The translations under genes and the position numbers were made by a program. From contig CAIOTC010000022.1 in assembly GCA_903861205.1 (NCBI GenBank), forward strand, positions 25 to 64,024: a stretch of DNA of 64,000 bases, in the 5' to 3' direction. Positions 8,214-17,652 of this stretch are shown here, in pieces. A model generated the notes under the pieces. The model had not been told where the DNA came from. It searched no databases and saw nothing but the letters and a program-made list of their open reading frames with translations. The stretch is from an uncultured bacterium. Lineage in GTDB: Bacteria > Patescibacteriota > Minisyncoccia > Phycocordibacterales > DATDWN01. How positions within the stretch are numbered: position 1 is the first letter of the stretch; each line of letters opens with the position of its first letter.

Positions 8214-10046
8214 CTAGTTCGTCTGCATTGTCACGCTGGTTGACTGCCAATCCCCCGAAATCGTCACCGGAACATCCTGGTTCGCGTAGCCGGTTTTGGA
8301 GAGGTGCATGGTGTAAGAGCCGGAAGCAAGGGCCGAAAAAGAAACTTGGCCGGGCGGAGTGCAGGAAAGAGTGTAGGTGAAAGAAATGTTGGAAATGTTC
8401 GGTGCCGTGATAGTGGAAGTTGTATCCAAAAACAATTTGTACCGCAAAAATCTGTTGCCGTTGTTGGTCGAACTGATATTTTTGTTGGCGTTGGTGTAAT
8501 ACGTACCCGCCGTGCCATCCGGCCCGGTGAAATTCCAGGTGGCGCCGTCGTTGTTTGTGGCAATTTGCAAGCGCACGGTCGATCCGACCGGCTCGTCAGT
8601 CGGCGTCCAATCAATTCCCTGGAAATTGCTTTGCGCTCCGGTGTCAAATGACGACGAAATCAAACTGCCGCTTGAAACATAATCTCCGAAAACTTTTTTG
8701 AGAGTGACATCTCCGACCGGACTGGCCGTTTCCATGTTTCCATCGGATGAAAAATATTTCGTTTTGTCCGTCGATGTCGCCTGTCCCCCTCCGCCGGACC
8801 AATCCGTTTGTCCGAGAAATCCTTGACCGGTAATTTTAATGGAATCGTACCCGGCCTTGGTCAAATCGACGGAAACGCCGGAAAGCGGAAGCCCCGTCAC
8901 ACCATCTTTGACCGTCACCAGAAGAGTTTTTGGATTTTTGGGCGCGACAATGAGCGAAACGGCTTGGGTACTGTTCGGAGCCAGAGTTACCGGCGAGAGC
9001 GGATTAAGACCGATGAAATCATAGGCCGTATCGATGTTTGTAATAGTGTAAGTGTCCCATTCCATGCCGGAGAGAGTTAGCAAGCCACTTCCATTTGTCA
9101 CTTTGTTCTGATTATATTTCGGCACGACAGGATTAAGGCCGACATTTTTGCTGCTCAAAAGGGTAAAATCGATTGTTCCTACATTCGCGCAAGTGTCGGA
9201 AAGAGATGAAAAAGAAAAAGTGGCCAAGCGATCAATGGCGAAGCTGACCTGGGTAACCTGGCCTCGCAAAACTGTGGCATGCGGTTTGGTCGGATGAGGA
9301 TTGTTTTGAACGGCCTGATATGTTTTGTCCGTCGAGTAACCGGATTTGGTCACGGTGATTTCGTAAGCATTCCCACCGGGCGGAACGTCAACGATTTGGA
9401 GCATGCCGGCGGAATTGGTCACGTCGTCAACGACAATGTGCGGAGAAATCAGATTGTTCTCGATGTGCACGGCCGCGTCCGGCAGGACCACGCCGTTGGC
9501 GTCAAAAACTTTGACGAACAGCGCGCCATTCGACGAGGAATTTTCCAAACTTTTCGGAGCGACGCGGGTGGTCACAATCATCGGATTAAAATTTTTGCAG
9601 GTGGCACAGGAAATTTCGATTTCCACCGTTTTAAAATCGGCCGGCGCGGTATCGTTTGGCGTGCCACCGAGCGTGCCGTCGAACGGATCATCCACATTGC
9701 GCACAGTGGTCATGACAGAAAAAGTTTCCGCACCGCGATTCAAACTCTGAATGTGCGTCAATGTGCCGGAAGGAATACCGCCGGAAATACCGACGCTGGC
9801 ATACGGCATATTGCGAACAATTTCTAACTGCTCGTTGACCAAATCGATGGCGTCGATTTTAGCCCGACTAACAGAAACCACATTGAAAATGGAAGTGTAG
9901 GCGTTGTAAACCGCCACGACGATAACAGTAAAAACAGCAACACCGACGATAAGCTCCACCAGAGTAAAACCTAGGGAAAATTTTTTGTTGTGGTGATTGT
10001 TAAGTTTTCTTGACATAAAATTTTCAATTTCCAATAAATGAATCAA
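8214..10046 (-). CDS. Large prepilin-type N-terminal domain protein (pilin-like, 610 aa)
   Basis: Leader ...KKFSLG|FTLVELIVGVAVF (prepilin motif) followed by a long T/S/G-rich beta-type extracellular region. The real start may be the internal Met at about 10016. Confidence 0.7.
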   Translation of the reverse strand: MIHLLEIENFMSRKLNNHHNKKFSLGFTLVELIVGVAVFTVIVVAVYNAYTSIFNVVSVSRAKIDAIDLVNEQLEIVRNMPYASVGISGGIPSGTLTHIQSLNRGAETFSVMTTVRNVDDPFDGTLGGTPNDTAPADFKTVEIEISCATCKNFNPMIVTTRVAPKSLENSSSNGALFVKVFDANGVVLPDAAVHIENNLISPHIVVDDVTNSAGMLQIVDVPPGGNAYEITVTKSGYSTDKTYQAVQNNPHPTKPHATVLRGQVTQVSFAIDRLATFSFSSLSDTCANVGTIDFTLLSSKNVGLNPVVPKYNQNKVTNGSGLLTLSGMEWDTYTITNIDTAYDFIGLNPLSPVTLAPNSTQAVSLIVAPKNPKTLLVTVKDGVTGLPLSGVSVDLTKAGYDSIKITGQGFLGQTDWSGGGGQATSTDKTKYFSSDGNMETASPVGDVTLKKVFGDYVSSGSLISSSFDTGAQSNFQGIDWTPTDEPVGSTVRLQIATNNDGATWNFTGPDGTAGTYYTNANKNISSTNNGNRFLRYKLFLDTTSTITAPNISNISFTYTLSCTPPGQVSFSALASGSYTMHLSKTGYANQDVPVTISGDWQSTSVTMQTN

Positions 10047-10128
10047 TTATCCAATTGAACAATTGATTCATTGGGAAATTCATTGGAAATTGGAAATTGT
10101 TACTTGAAAATTATTTTGAGTTTGCATT
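10047..10128. repeat. Cargo-less copy of the IR pair that bounds the four-helix-bundle element (solo miniature element)
   Basis: aattttcaatttccaataaatgaatcaatt...aattgattcattgggaaattcattggaaattggaaattg matches the ends of the element at 61262-61705. Confidence 0.5.
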
Positions 10129-11346
10129 TTACAAGGCATCCGCCAATGAATACGTCGGTCCCAACATCGATATCGCAAACACCCCCACCGCCGCGCCGAT
10201 AATAATCATCAGGACCGGCTCGATAATCGACGACATATCTTTCGTTTTCTGATCAACTTCATCCTCGTAAAATGTAGCCACGCCCAGAAGCATTTCCCCT
10301 ATTTTACCCGTCTCCTCGCCAACGGAAACCATTTCGCCGACAAAAAGCGGATACAATTTTTCATGCTTTACGAATATTGCCGAAATTTGTTCGCCTTTCT
10401 GAATAGCCACTTCGATTTCGTTCAGCACGTCTTTGTAGTAGGAATTTTGAACGACGTCCTTTGTCACGCCGATGGCAATAACAATATCAACGCCGGACGA
10501 AAGAAGCGACGAGAGCGTCCGAGCGGTGCGAGCCGAGTTAATCTGCTGAGTTATTTCGCCGATGACAGGCGTGCGCAAAAGTATCGTGTCCCAAATTCTC
10601 TGGCCCAGCGTTGTGCGCAAACCCCAGATGACAAACATGACCAAAGCAACAACTCCGACAGCCACAAACAGAAAGTAATTTTTCAAAAAATCGCTCATGG
10701 CAATAATAATGCGTGTCGAGAGCGGCAAGGCCACCCCAAGTCCTTTGAAAGTGGATGTCAGTGTCGGCACCATGTAAATCATCATCAGCACGCCGATGAC
10801 CAGCATGAGCGAAAAAATAACCGCCGGATACATCATAGCACCGCGGATTTTTTTGGTCAGCTGGTACGACTTTTCCATCTGATTGCTGACGTTTCGCAAG
10901 GCCAGCACCAGATTGCCGGATTCCTCGCCAGCCCGAACCATCGAAACGAAAAGGGTGTTGAAAACGTTCGGATATTTTTTCATGGCGTCCGAAAGCGTCT
11001 CGCCTTTGGAAAGCGAATCATTCAAATCATGCAAAATATTTTTCAACTTCCCTTTCTTGGCCTGACGCTCCATGATAGAAAGTCCGCGAGTGATGGGAAG
11101 CCCGGCGTCAATCATCTGCCCGAGGTTTCTGGAAAAAGTGATTTTGTCGTGCGCTTTGACACCGCCGAGAAAAGGAAAAAGATTGTTCAAAGAAAAATTA
11201 TTCCCATCTTTGGCCTCTGTCGCCGAGACAACGGTACTGCCATCTTTTTTGAGCAAATGATACAGCTCGAATTTATCCTTGGCATCCATTACGCCTTCAA
11301 TATTTTTCCCCTCTTTATCTATGGCTTTGTAGTTGAAAATTGTCAT
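10129..11346 (-). CDS. pilC: Type IV pilus assembly platform protein PilC (GspF family)
   Basis: 405 aa with two GspF-type repeats and three transmembrane segments. It lies in the operon with pilB. Confidence 0.85.
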   Translation of the reverse strand: MTIFNYKAIDKEGKNIEGVMDAKDKFELYHLLKKDGSTVVSATEAKDGNNFSLNNLFPFLGGVKAHDKITFSRNLGQMIDAGLPITRGLSIMERQAKKGKLKNILHDLNDSLSKGETLSDAMKKYPNVFNTLFVSMVRAGEESGNLVLALRNVSNQMEKSYQLTKKIRGAMMYPAVIFSLMLVIGVLMMIYMVPTLTSTFKGLGVALPLSTRIIIAMSDFLKNYFLFVAVGVVALVMFVIWGLRTTLGQRIWDTILLRTPVIGEITQQINSARTARTLSSLLSSGVDIVIAIGVTKDVVQNSYYKDVLNEIEVAIQKGEQISAIFVKHEKLYPLFVGEMVSVGEETGKIGEMLLGVATFYEDEVDQKTKDMSSIIEPVLMIIIGAAVGVFAISMLGPTYSLADAL

Positions 11347-11350
11347 TTAT

Positions 11351-11926
11351 TTATTTTTTAACGACAAACCCAATCGGATTTTTTCGTGATTCCGACGGAA
11401 TTTTTCTAATTTTATTAATTTCGTCAACCAAAAATCCTATTATCGAGGAATGTTTTTTTTGAGCATTTTCAACTCTTTCCATTCTGTTTGCTAAATCCTT
11501 ATTACCAGCAATCATCTCTCGCAATTTAACAAAAGCTCTAATTATCAAAATGTTCATTTGCACAGCCTGTTTGCTTTTTAAAACAGAAGAAAGCATGGCG
11601 ACTCCGTGTTCGGTAAAAACATATGGTAAATAACGACGACCACCATAACTTGAGGTTGCAAATTGTAACCTCAAGTTTGAGGTCATAATTTGTGACTTCC
11701 AATTTTCAGATTCTTCCTTGGTAAGTTGAAACATAAAATCTTTTGGGAAACGGTCCTTATTGCGACGTACAGCCAAATTCAAGTTTTTTGTAAGCACCTG
11801 ATACAACTCTGCCAAATCAGAGTCAAACATCACTTTTTCTCCACGAATCAAATAAATCTGACGTTCAACACGTTCAAGCGGAATTAAATTTTTACTGTCA
11901 ACTTTTTTCTTTTGAGCAAGCTTCAT
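11351..11926 (-). CDS. ORF6N/ORF6C (KilA-N-related) domain protein. Start placed at internal Met MKLAQKK.
   Basis: IRGEKVMFDSDLAELYQVLTKNLNLAVRRNKDRFPKDFMFQL (ORF6N domain) and LPYVFTEHGVAMLSSVL (ORF6C domain). It is a paralog of 33551..34108. Confidence 0.7.
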   Translation of the reverse strand: MKLAQKKKVDSKNLIPLERVERQIYLIRGEKVMFDSDLAELYQVLTKNLNLAVRRNKDRFPKDFMFQLTKEESENWKSQIMTSNLRLQFATSSYGGRRYLPYVFTEHGVAMLSSVLKSKQAVQMNILIIRAFVKLREMIAGNKDLANRMERVENAQKKHSSIIGFLVDEINKIRKIPSESRKNPIGFVVKK

Positions 11927-12125
11927 ATTCACTATAATTGTATCAAAAAATATTTTATTTTTCACAAAATATGTGCACAAGAAATTTTTTTTGAAAACAA
12001 AAAAGCCCTCCGGTGAAGGATAGGCGTGTGTACATCTGTACACTGGTTCGTGGGTCTGCCACTTGGTTACTGCTGACTGGTTAAGAAGAAGTGCTACGCA
12101 ATCGTACTACGGAAGGGTTGGCAAG

Positions 12126-12332
12126 TTAGAGTAGATGGATCGGCAATTCCGATATGTTGTCGGAGTTGCAATCCGGGCATTCGACGGGAACTTTTCCGCC
12201 ACCACCGATATGCCGGCATTCATCACATCTTATTCCCAATTTCTTTTCCATCATTGTCGCGCAATCGAATTCATCACTGCACAATGGGCAAGGAACAAAA
12301 ATAAACTTTTTGTCATTGCACGTTTTACACAT
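12126..12332 (-). CDS. Small double zinc-ribbon protein (four CxxC pairs)
   Basis: 68 aa with CKTC..CPLC..CDEC..CPDC. It sits between the toxin-antitoxin pair and the ORF6N gene. No family assignment. Confidence 0.4.
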   Translation of the reverse strand: MCKTCNDKKFIFVPCPLCSDEFDCATMMEKKLGIRCDECRHIGGGGKVPVECPDCNSDNISELPIHLL

Positions 12333-12455
12333 ACTTTCTCCTCTTTTCAGTGAACTTTCCGGGAATCTGCCGGATCAGAATTCTGCTACTATTATACACC
12401 AAAAGATACCATCTTGTCAAGCAAAGTGGTTAAATATGGCTATAAATAAGGGTTT

Positions 12456-12716
12456 TTATCTGTATGAATCGTGGTCTCCCACCGATAATATGGCAACCTC
12501 GTCTTTTGACATGTATTGAAAAACAATTCTGATCTTGTAGTTCACGGAAAAACTGAAACAGCCGGAAAATTTTCCATGCAGTTTATGAACTTTCAAATAT
12601 TCGTGGTTTTTTTCATTTTCAAACAGATCGATCTTCTCCAAAATCTCCTCTTTCAAAGACGGCTCAATTTTCTTTAGCTGCTTTAGGAAGCTGGGCGCAT
12701 ATATGAACTTTATCAT
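12456..12716 (-). CDS. Type II toxin, RelE/ParE superfamily
   Basis: 86 aa. KFIYAPSFLKQLKKI...LHGKFSGCFSFSVNYKIRIVF...AILSVGDH is the RelE/ParE fold pattern. Its start overlaps the stop of the upstream antitoxin (ATGA). Confidence 0.7.
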   Translation of the reverse strand: MIKFIYAPSFLKQLKKIEPSLKEEILEKIDLFENEKNHEYLKVHKLHGKFSGCFSFSVNYKIRIVFQYMSKDEVAILSVGDHDSYR

Positions 12717-12934
12717 TTTATTTTTTTCAAGAGACTGCGGAGATCACCTTTCAAGCCTTTTCCGAGAGTGATTTCCCTCTGGGCACGCAAAACAGCCTCG
12801 ACAACTTCGTCTTCCTCGAGTCGCCTGATGGCTTTGCGCACAACGTCAGCTTTGTTGGCCGCTCGTCCTTCCTTCACCATTTTATTTATGAAATTTTCCA
12901 ATTCGCCTGAAATGGGCACTGATAATGTGGTCAT
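12713..12934 (-). CDS. Antitoxin, ribbon-helix-helix / ParD-like
   Basis: 73 aa. MTTLSVPISGELENFINKMVKEGRAANKADVVRKAIRRLEE is typical of ParD/CopG antitoxins. It overlaps the toxin gene by 4 nt. Confidence 0.6.
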   Translation of the reverse strand: MTTLSVPISGELENFINKMVKEGRAANKADVVRKAIRRLEEDEVVEAVLRAQREITLGKGLKGDLRSLLKKIK

Positions 12935-13093
12935 GGTTTTATTTAGGCGAACATTTTGTAGTCAAAATGTTTTAGCCGGTATTATATTATAATATGATAT
13001 TATCATACATTACCATGAAATCAAAGTGAAAAAATCCCTCGGCTTTCGGCCACTCCCTTTAAGAAAGGGAGATTCTAAATCAAATTTGGAAGT

Positions 13094-14848
13094 TTACTCT
13101 GACGCTACTCTCAAAACTTCTTCAATAGTTGTAGATCCCTGCACTGCCTGGAAAATGCCATCCTCGATCATGGTCAGCATACCTTCGGCTTCGGCTTGTT
13201 TTTGAATGGCGTCGGTTGTGCCGTCCTTTAAAATGACTTCCTTAATAGCCGGGGAAACTTTCATTATTTCGTGAATGCAAGCGCGACCGCTATACCCTTC
13301 CTCCGAGGCGGCACCTTTTTTCGGTCGCCAGAACGGCACCTTGTCCCAGGTGTCGGATTTGCCGACGATTTTTTCTTCCTGCAGAGCTTTCAAAATTTTG
13401 TCCATGTTGGCCGATTTGCCGAGAGTGGCCAGTTCAGGTTTTGTCAGGAAATATTTTTCCTTTTGGTCGGAAAGTTTTCGAACCAGTCGCTGGCCGATGA
13501 TGATATTTATGGTTGAAACGATGAGGAACGGTTCGACTTTCATATCCATCAGTCGCGGTACAGCGCCGGCGGCCGAGTTAGTGTGCAAAGTGGAGAGGAC
13601 GACGTGGCCGGTCAGCGAAGCGTTGATGGCGAGAGAGGCCGTTTCGTTGTCGCGAATTTCACCGACCATAATAATGTCCGGATCCTGGCGAACCAGCGTG
13701 CGCAATCCGTTGGCAAATGTCAAACCAATTTCCGAGCGAACTTGCGTTTGGTTGATGCGCTTCATTTGGTACTCGATCGGATCCTCGACGGTCGAAATGT
13801 TAACGTCCGGTGTATTGAGAATGTCGAGCACAGTATATAGTGTGGTCGTTTTTCCGGAACCAGTCGGGCCGGTGGTCAAAATCATGCCGGTCGTGGACTT
13901 GAGCGCGCGGTGAATTCGCTCGAGACCTTCGCCGTGAAAGCCAAGAACTTCCAGGGTGAAATTGGAAACATTCTCGCGAAGCAAACGCATGACAGTTTTT
14001 TCGCCGTAATACGTAGGCAATGTCGAAACGCGAAAGGAAACTTTTTCGCCGTTCATGTCGATTTTGAAACGGCCATCCTGTGGCAAGCGTTTTTCGTCGA
14101 GTTTGAGCGCGGAAAGAACTTTGATGCGCGCGGTAATCGAGGCGGCCGTGTTTTTCGGCAAAATCATGGCGTCGTGAAGCAAACCGTCGATGCGATAGCG
14201 CACCAAAAGCTCCTGCTCCTGCGGTTCGATGTGAATATCGGAAGCGTTTTGCAAAATGGCGTGTTTCAAAAGTGTGTCGACAATACGCACCACCGGCACG
14301 TCGTCGGCCAATTTTTTCAAATCATCTTCGGAAACATCCTCACCATCACCCGCGTCAGGAATGCTTTGAAGTTGGACAGCATCTTTGGCAATGAGATCAC
14401 CGAACTCGGCTTTGAGCGATTTTTGATACTGGAGCAGAACGCTTTTCATCGACTCGCCGTCGGTGAGCCTCGGCAAAATTTTCAAGCCGACTTTCTTTTT
14501 GATGAAATCGATGGCCGTCAAATCCTCGGTGTCGAGCATGGCTACCTCGAGCGCCGTGTCTGTTTTTTTGAAAGCAATGATGTTGTGGTTGCGGGCAATC
14601 GGTTCGGGCACAAGCGAGAGAACTTCGAACGGAATTTTTTCCGTTTTCAAATCGACAAAAGGAATGCCGAGAATGTAAGCTTGCATCCGGCGCAAATCGT
14701 CCTCGGTCAGTTTTCCACCATTGACCAAAATTTTGCCGATCCCCTCACCCGTTTTCTCGTGATCCTTTTCGGCCAGCGTCACATCCGCCCGAGAAACAAG
14801 ACCCGAGTCCAAAATAAAATCCCTAAGTTGTGATTCTTCAATGTGCAT
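13094..14848 (-). CDS. pilB: Type IV pilus assembly ATPase PilB (GspE family)
   Basis: 584 aa. Walker A GPTGSGKTTT, Asp box, His box, and an N-terminal GspII_E-type domain. Confidence 0.9.
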   Translation of the reverse strand: MHIEESQLRDFILDSGLVSRADVTLAEKDHEKTGEGIGKILVNGGKLTEDDLRRMQAYILGIPFVDLKTEKIPFEVLSLVPEPIARNHNIIAFKKTDTALEVAMLDTEDLTAIDFIKKKVGLKILPRLTDGESMKSVLLQYQKSLKAEFGDLIAKDAVQLQSIPDAGDGEDVSEDDLKKLADDVPVVRIVDTLLKHAILQNASDIHIEPQEQELLVRYRIDGLLHDAMILPKNTAASITARIKVLSALKLDEKRLPQDGRFKIDMNGEKVSFRVSTLPTYYGEKTVMRLLRENVSNFTLEVLGFHGEGLERIHRALKSTTGMILTTGPTGSGKTTTLYTVLDILNTPDVNISTVEDPIEYQMKRINQTQVRSEIGLTFANGLRTLVRQDPDIIMVGEIRDNETASLAINASLTGHVVLSTLHTNSAAGAVPRLMDMKVEPFLIVSTINIIIGQRLVRKLSDQKEKYFLTKPELATLGKSANMDKILKALQEEKIVGKSDTWDKVPFWRPKKGAASEEGYSGRACIHEIMKVSPAIKEVILKDGTTDAIQKQAEAEGMLTMIEDGIFQAVQGSTTIEEVLRVASE

Positions 14849-14892
14849 ACGATACGAAAATTATGCGAATGATACGAATGGCTACGAATAAA
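14849..14892. promoter_or_regulatory. Array of 9-11 bp spaced TACGAAT motifs in the pilB / Clp-ATPase divergent intergenic region
   Basis: gatacgaaaattatgcgaatgatacgaatggctacgaat. The same words recur at 16276-16386 and (inverted) at 40329-40368. Confidence 0.45.
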
Positions 14893-15017
14893 TACAATAT
14901 AAGTATAACAAAAAAATTTTTATATCACATGAAAAATTGTGCACAAGAAATATAAGATTGACAATCTGACAGAAGGTGTATGATGAATACAGAAATAGTA
15001 CCTTGAAAGGAGAAACG

Positions 15018-16148
15018 ATGCCAAAGAAAAAACTTCGGCTTCTGGACCCGACACTTACGGGCGACAGAGCCAGAGGACTCGGGATTAATTTGCGCAAAAA
15101 GATCATTGGTCAAGACACGGCCATTGACCAAGTCGTGAACGTTTACCAAACTTTTCTGTCGAACATGTCACAACCGGGGAAACCTATTGGAAGTCTTCTT
15201 TTCCTTGGACCGACCGGCACGGGAAAAACGAGAATGGTTGAGGCCGTTGCAGAGAGTTTGTTTGGAGATCCGCGCGCTGTCATAAAAGTTGACTGCGCCG
15301 AATTTCAGCACAGCCACGAAATTGCCAGACTGATTGGCGCTCCCCCGGGATATTTGGGACACAGGGAGACTAAACCATTTTTGAGCCAGGAAGTTATCAA
15401 CCAGTGGCAAACTGATGAAATCAAACTGAGCTTCGTTTTGTTCGACGAGATCGAGAAAGCAAGTGACACTTTGTGGAATTTGCTTTTGGGAATCTTGGAC
15501 AAAGCCACGCTAACCCTCGGCGACAATCGTAATGTGGATTTTTCCCGATGCATGATTTTCATGACAAGCAACTTGGGTTCAAGGGAAATTGATTCTTTTC
15601 TCAGACCGGGATTTGGGTTCGTAAATCAGACGGGCGGAAGCAAACTCGGCGAAAAAATAAAAAGAGCCGGTGAAGAAGCGGCGCGCAAACGGTTTAGTCC
15701 GGAATTCATCAACCGAATCGACAAAACAATCGTTTTCAACTCTCTCGGAAAACCGGAGTTGGAAAAAATTCTTGATTTGGAAATTAGAAATGTCCAAGGC
15801 AGAATACTGACCTCGACGGCGGGTTCAGCTTTTGTCATCAATGTGACCAGAGAAGCCCGAGGTTACTTGCTAGCGGAGGGCACCGATCCCAGATACGGAG
15901 CGCGCAATCTGAAACGGACCATCGAACGAGGAATCGTGCACCCATTGTCAAATCTGATCGCCACAAGCCAAGTCGGTTGCGGAGATTTAGTCCAAATAAG
16001 CTTTGACCCCAAAACATCCGAGATTCTTTTTTCCAAATTGAGCGAGGAAATGTCACCTCGCGAAATAATCCAAGCCGTCGACTATGAAGTGACCGACGAA
16101 GAATATCGCGCGGTTACCGCCTCAATGAGCAAGGCAGTATCGAGATGA
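15018..16148 (+). CDS. Stand-alone Clp-type AAA+ ATPase corresponding to the ClpA/ClpB D2 module (AAA_2 plus ClpB D2-small). Start placed at MPKKKLRLL.
   Basis: GQDTAIDQV...LFLGPTGTGKTRMVEA...IKVDCAEFQHSHEIARLIGAPPGYLG...VLFDEIEKA...GARNLKRTIE. No D1 domain or N-domain is present. Confidence 0.7.
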   Translation: MPKKKLRLLDPTLTGDRARGLGINLRKKIIGQDTAIDQVVNVYQTFLSNMSQPGKPIGSLLFLGPTGTGKTRMVEAVAESLFGDPRAVIKVDCAEFQHSHEIARLIGAPPGYLGHRETKPFLSQEVINQWQTDEIKLSFVLFDEIEKASDTLWNLLLGILDKATLTLGDNRNVDFSRCMIFMTSNLGSREIDSFLRPGFGFVNQTGGSKLGEKIKRAGEEAARKRFSPEFINRIDKTIVFNSLGKPELEKILDLEIRNVQGRILTSTAGSAFVINVTREARGYLLAEGTDPRYGARNLKRTIERGIVHPLSNLIATSQVGCGDLVQISFDPKTSEILFSKLSEEMSPREIIQAVDYEVTDEEYRAVTASMSKAVSR

Positions 16149-16198
16149 AATTAGTTTGAATCGTTACCGGTCCGCCGATAACGATTTTTTTTGCATGC

Positions 16199-16228
16199 TT
16201 GACAAGAATTGGACAGAGATGATAATAT
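16199..16228 (+). promoter_or_regulatory. Sigma70-like promoter upstream of nusA (TTGACA-16nt-GATAAT)
   Basis: ttgacaagaattggacagagatgataat. Confidence 0.5.
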
Positions 16229-16275
16229 AGTGTTATTGAAGTTCGCCCCACGGCGGACTCATTTTTTAAGATAAA

Positions 16276-16386
16276 CATACGAATCTACGAATTATGCGAA
16301 TGATACGAATAACAACGAATATTAAAAATCAAACGCATTTAATTCGTTGCCATTCGTAGATTGGTATTTATTCGTTAATTCGTAAC
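16276..16386. promoter_or_regulatory. TACGAAT x4 followed by ATTCGTA x4 (large dyad) immediately upstream of nusA
   Basis: catacgaatctacgaattatgcgaatgatacgaataacaacgaat...ttcgttgccattcgtagattggtatttattcgttaattcgtaac. Confidence 0.45.
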
Positions 16387-16390
16387 TATT

Positions 16391-17542
16391 ATGTTAGATC
16401 TCAAAGTTATCAACTCCGTGTTGACTCAGCTCGAGGAGGAGCGCGGAATACCGCAGGAGAAAATTCTCGAAGCGATCGAGCTGGCTTTGGCCACTGCTTA
16501 CAAAAAAGAGTACGGCAAAAAAGGCCAGATTATTCGCGCTAAATTCGATTTGAACTCCGGCAAAACGGAAATGTTCCAGGTCAAAGTTGTTGTCGACGAA
16601 ACAACCGTCATCATGGATCCCGAGGAAATCGACAAACTTCCCGAGACAGATGAACGCGAAGTTTACAATCCCGAACATCACATGCTCATCGCTGACGCCA
16701 AACGCATCAAAAAAGATGTCGTGCTCGGCGACGAAATGATCTTCCCTATCGAATCATCCGGCGACTACGGACGCATTGCCGCTCAAACCGCCAAACAAGT
16801 TATCATGCAGAAAATTCGCGAAGCCGAAAAAGTTTCGGTCATGAGCGAATACGGCAAGCGCGAAGGCGAAATTGTCTCGGGCACAGTCCAGAGAATCGAG
16901 CGCGGCAACATTTTCGTCGACATGGGACGAGCCACCGGCTTTCTGCCATACGAAGAGCAAATTCCCGGCGAACGTTTTGCCCAAGGCGAGCGCGTCAGAG
17001 CCTACCTTTTCCGCGTGGAGGAAGGTGGCAAAGGTGTTTTTGTGAGACTCAGTCGATCACATCCGAAATTCCTCGAAAAACTTTTTGAAACAGAAGCACC
17101 GGAAATCGCCAACGGCACCGTCGTGGTCAAATCAATTGCCCGCGAAGCCGGCTCGAGAAGCAAAATCGCTGTCGCCTCTAGTGACTCGCACATCGACCCC
17201 GTCGGCTCAATGGTCGGCCAGCGCGGCGTGCGCGTTTCAACCGTCATGTCCGAACTTGGCGGCGAAAAAATCGATATCATCGAATGGAACGAGGATCCGA
17301 AAAAATTCATTGAGGACGCCTTGTCCCCGGCCAAAGTCCTGTCCGTCAAAATCGACGAGAAGGAAAAACAAGCCGTGGTGGAAGTTTCCGAGGATCAGCA
17401 ATCCCTGGCTATCGGCAAAGGCGGCCAGAACGTTCGCCTGGCGGCCAAACTAACCGGCTGGAAAATCGACATCAAATCGGCCCAGCGGGAAGAAAGAGAG
17501 GTTTCGGTTACGGCAGAAGATGAATACCGAGACGAAGAATAA
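16391..17542 (+). CDS. nusA: Transcription termination/antitermination factor NusA
   Basis: 383 aa with an N-terminal NusA domain, S1 and tandem KH domains (GQRGVRV...GGEKIDII, IGKGGQNVRLA). Confidence 0.9.
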   Translation: MLDLKVINSVLTQLEEERGIPQEKILEAIELALATAYKKEYGKKGQIIRAKFDLNSGKTEMFQVKVVVDETTVIMDPEEIDKLPETDEREVYNPEHHMLIADAKRIKKDVVLGDEMIFPIESSGDYGRIAAQTAKQVIMQKIREAEKVSVMSEYGKREGEIVSGTVQRIERGNIFVDMGRATGFLPYEEQIPGERFAQGERVRAYLFRVEEGGKGVFVRLSRSHPKFLEKLFETEAPEIANGTVVVKSIAREAGSRSKIAVASSDSHIDPVGSMVGQRGVRVSTVMSELGGEKIDIIEWNEDPKKFIEDALSPAKVLSVKIDEKEKQAVVEVSEDQQSLAIGKGGQNVRLAAKLTGWKIDIKSAQREEREVSVTAEDEYRDEE

Positions 17543-17652
17543 AAGCAAAAACTCCTTCGCCACGGATTACCGCGGCATAAGTGTTCGCAAAGATAACATC
17601 TTTGCTCCCTTATCCACTACTGGCTAGGAGTTTTTTGTTATATACTGGGGGT

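Noticed and set aside
10363-11361. 332 aa plus-strand ORF antisense to pilC
   Set aside because: It lies entirely within and opposite a well-supported PilC gene, and its translation is low-complexity and His/Arg-rich. Typical antisense shadow ORF.
13910-14833. 307 aa plus-strand ORF antisense to pilB, and other long antisense ORFs (13275..13913, 9279..9827, 46269..46910, 49974..50654, 58386..58982, 59106..59834)
   Set aside because: All overlap strongly supported genes on the opposite strand and have no motifs. Their translations show the compositional bias expected of out-of-frame reading.
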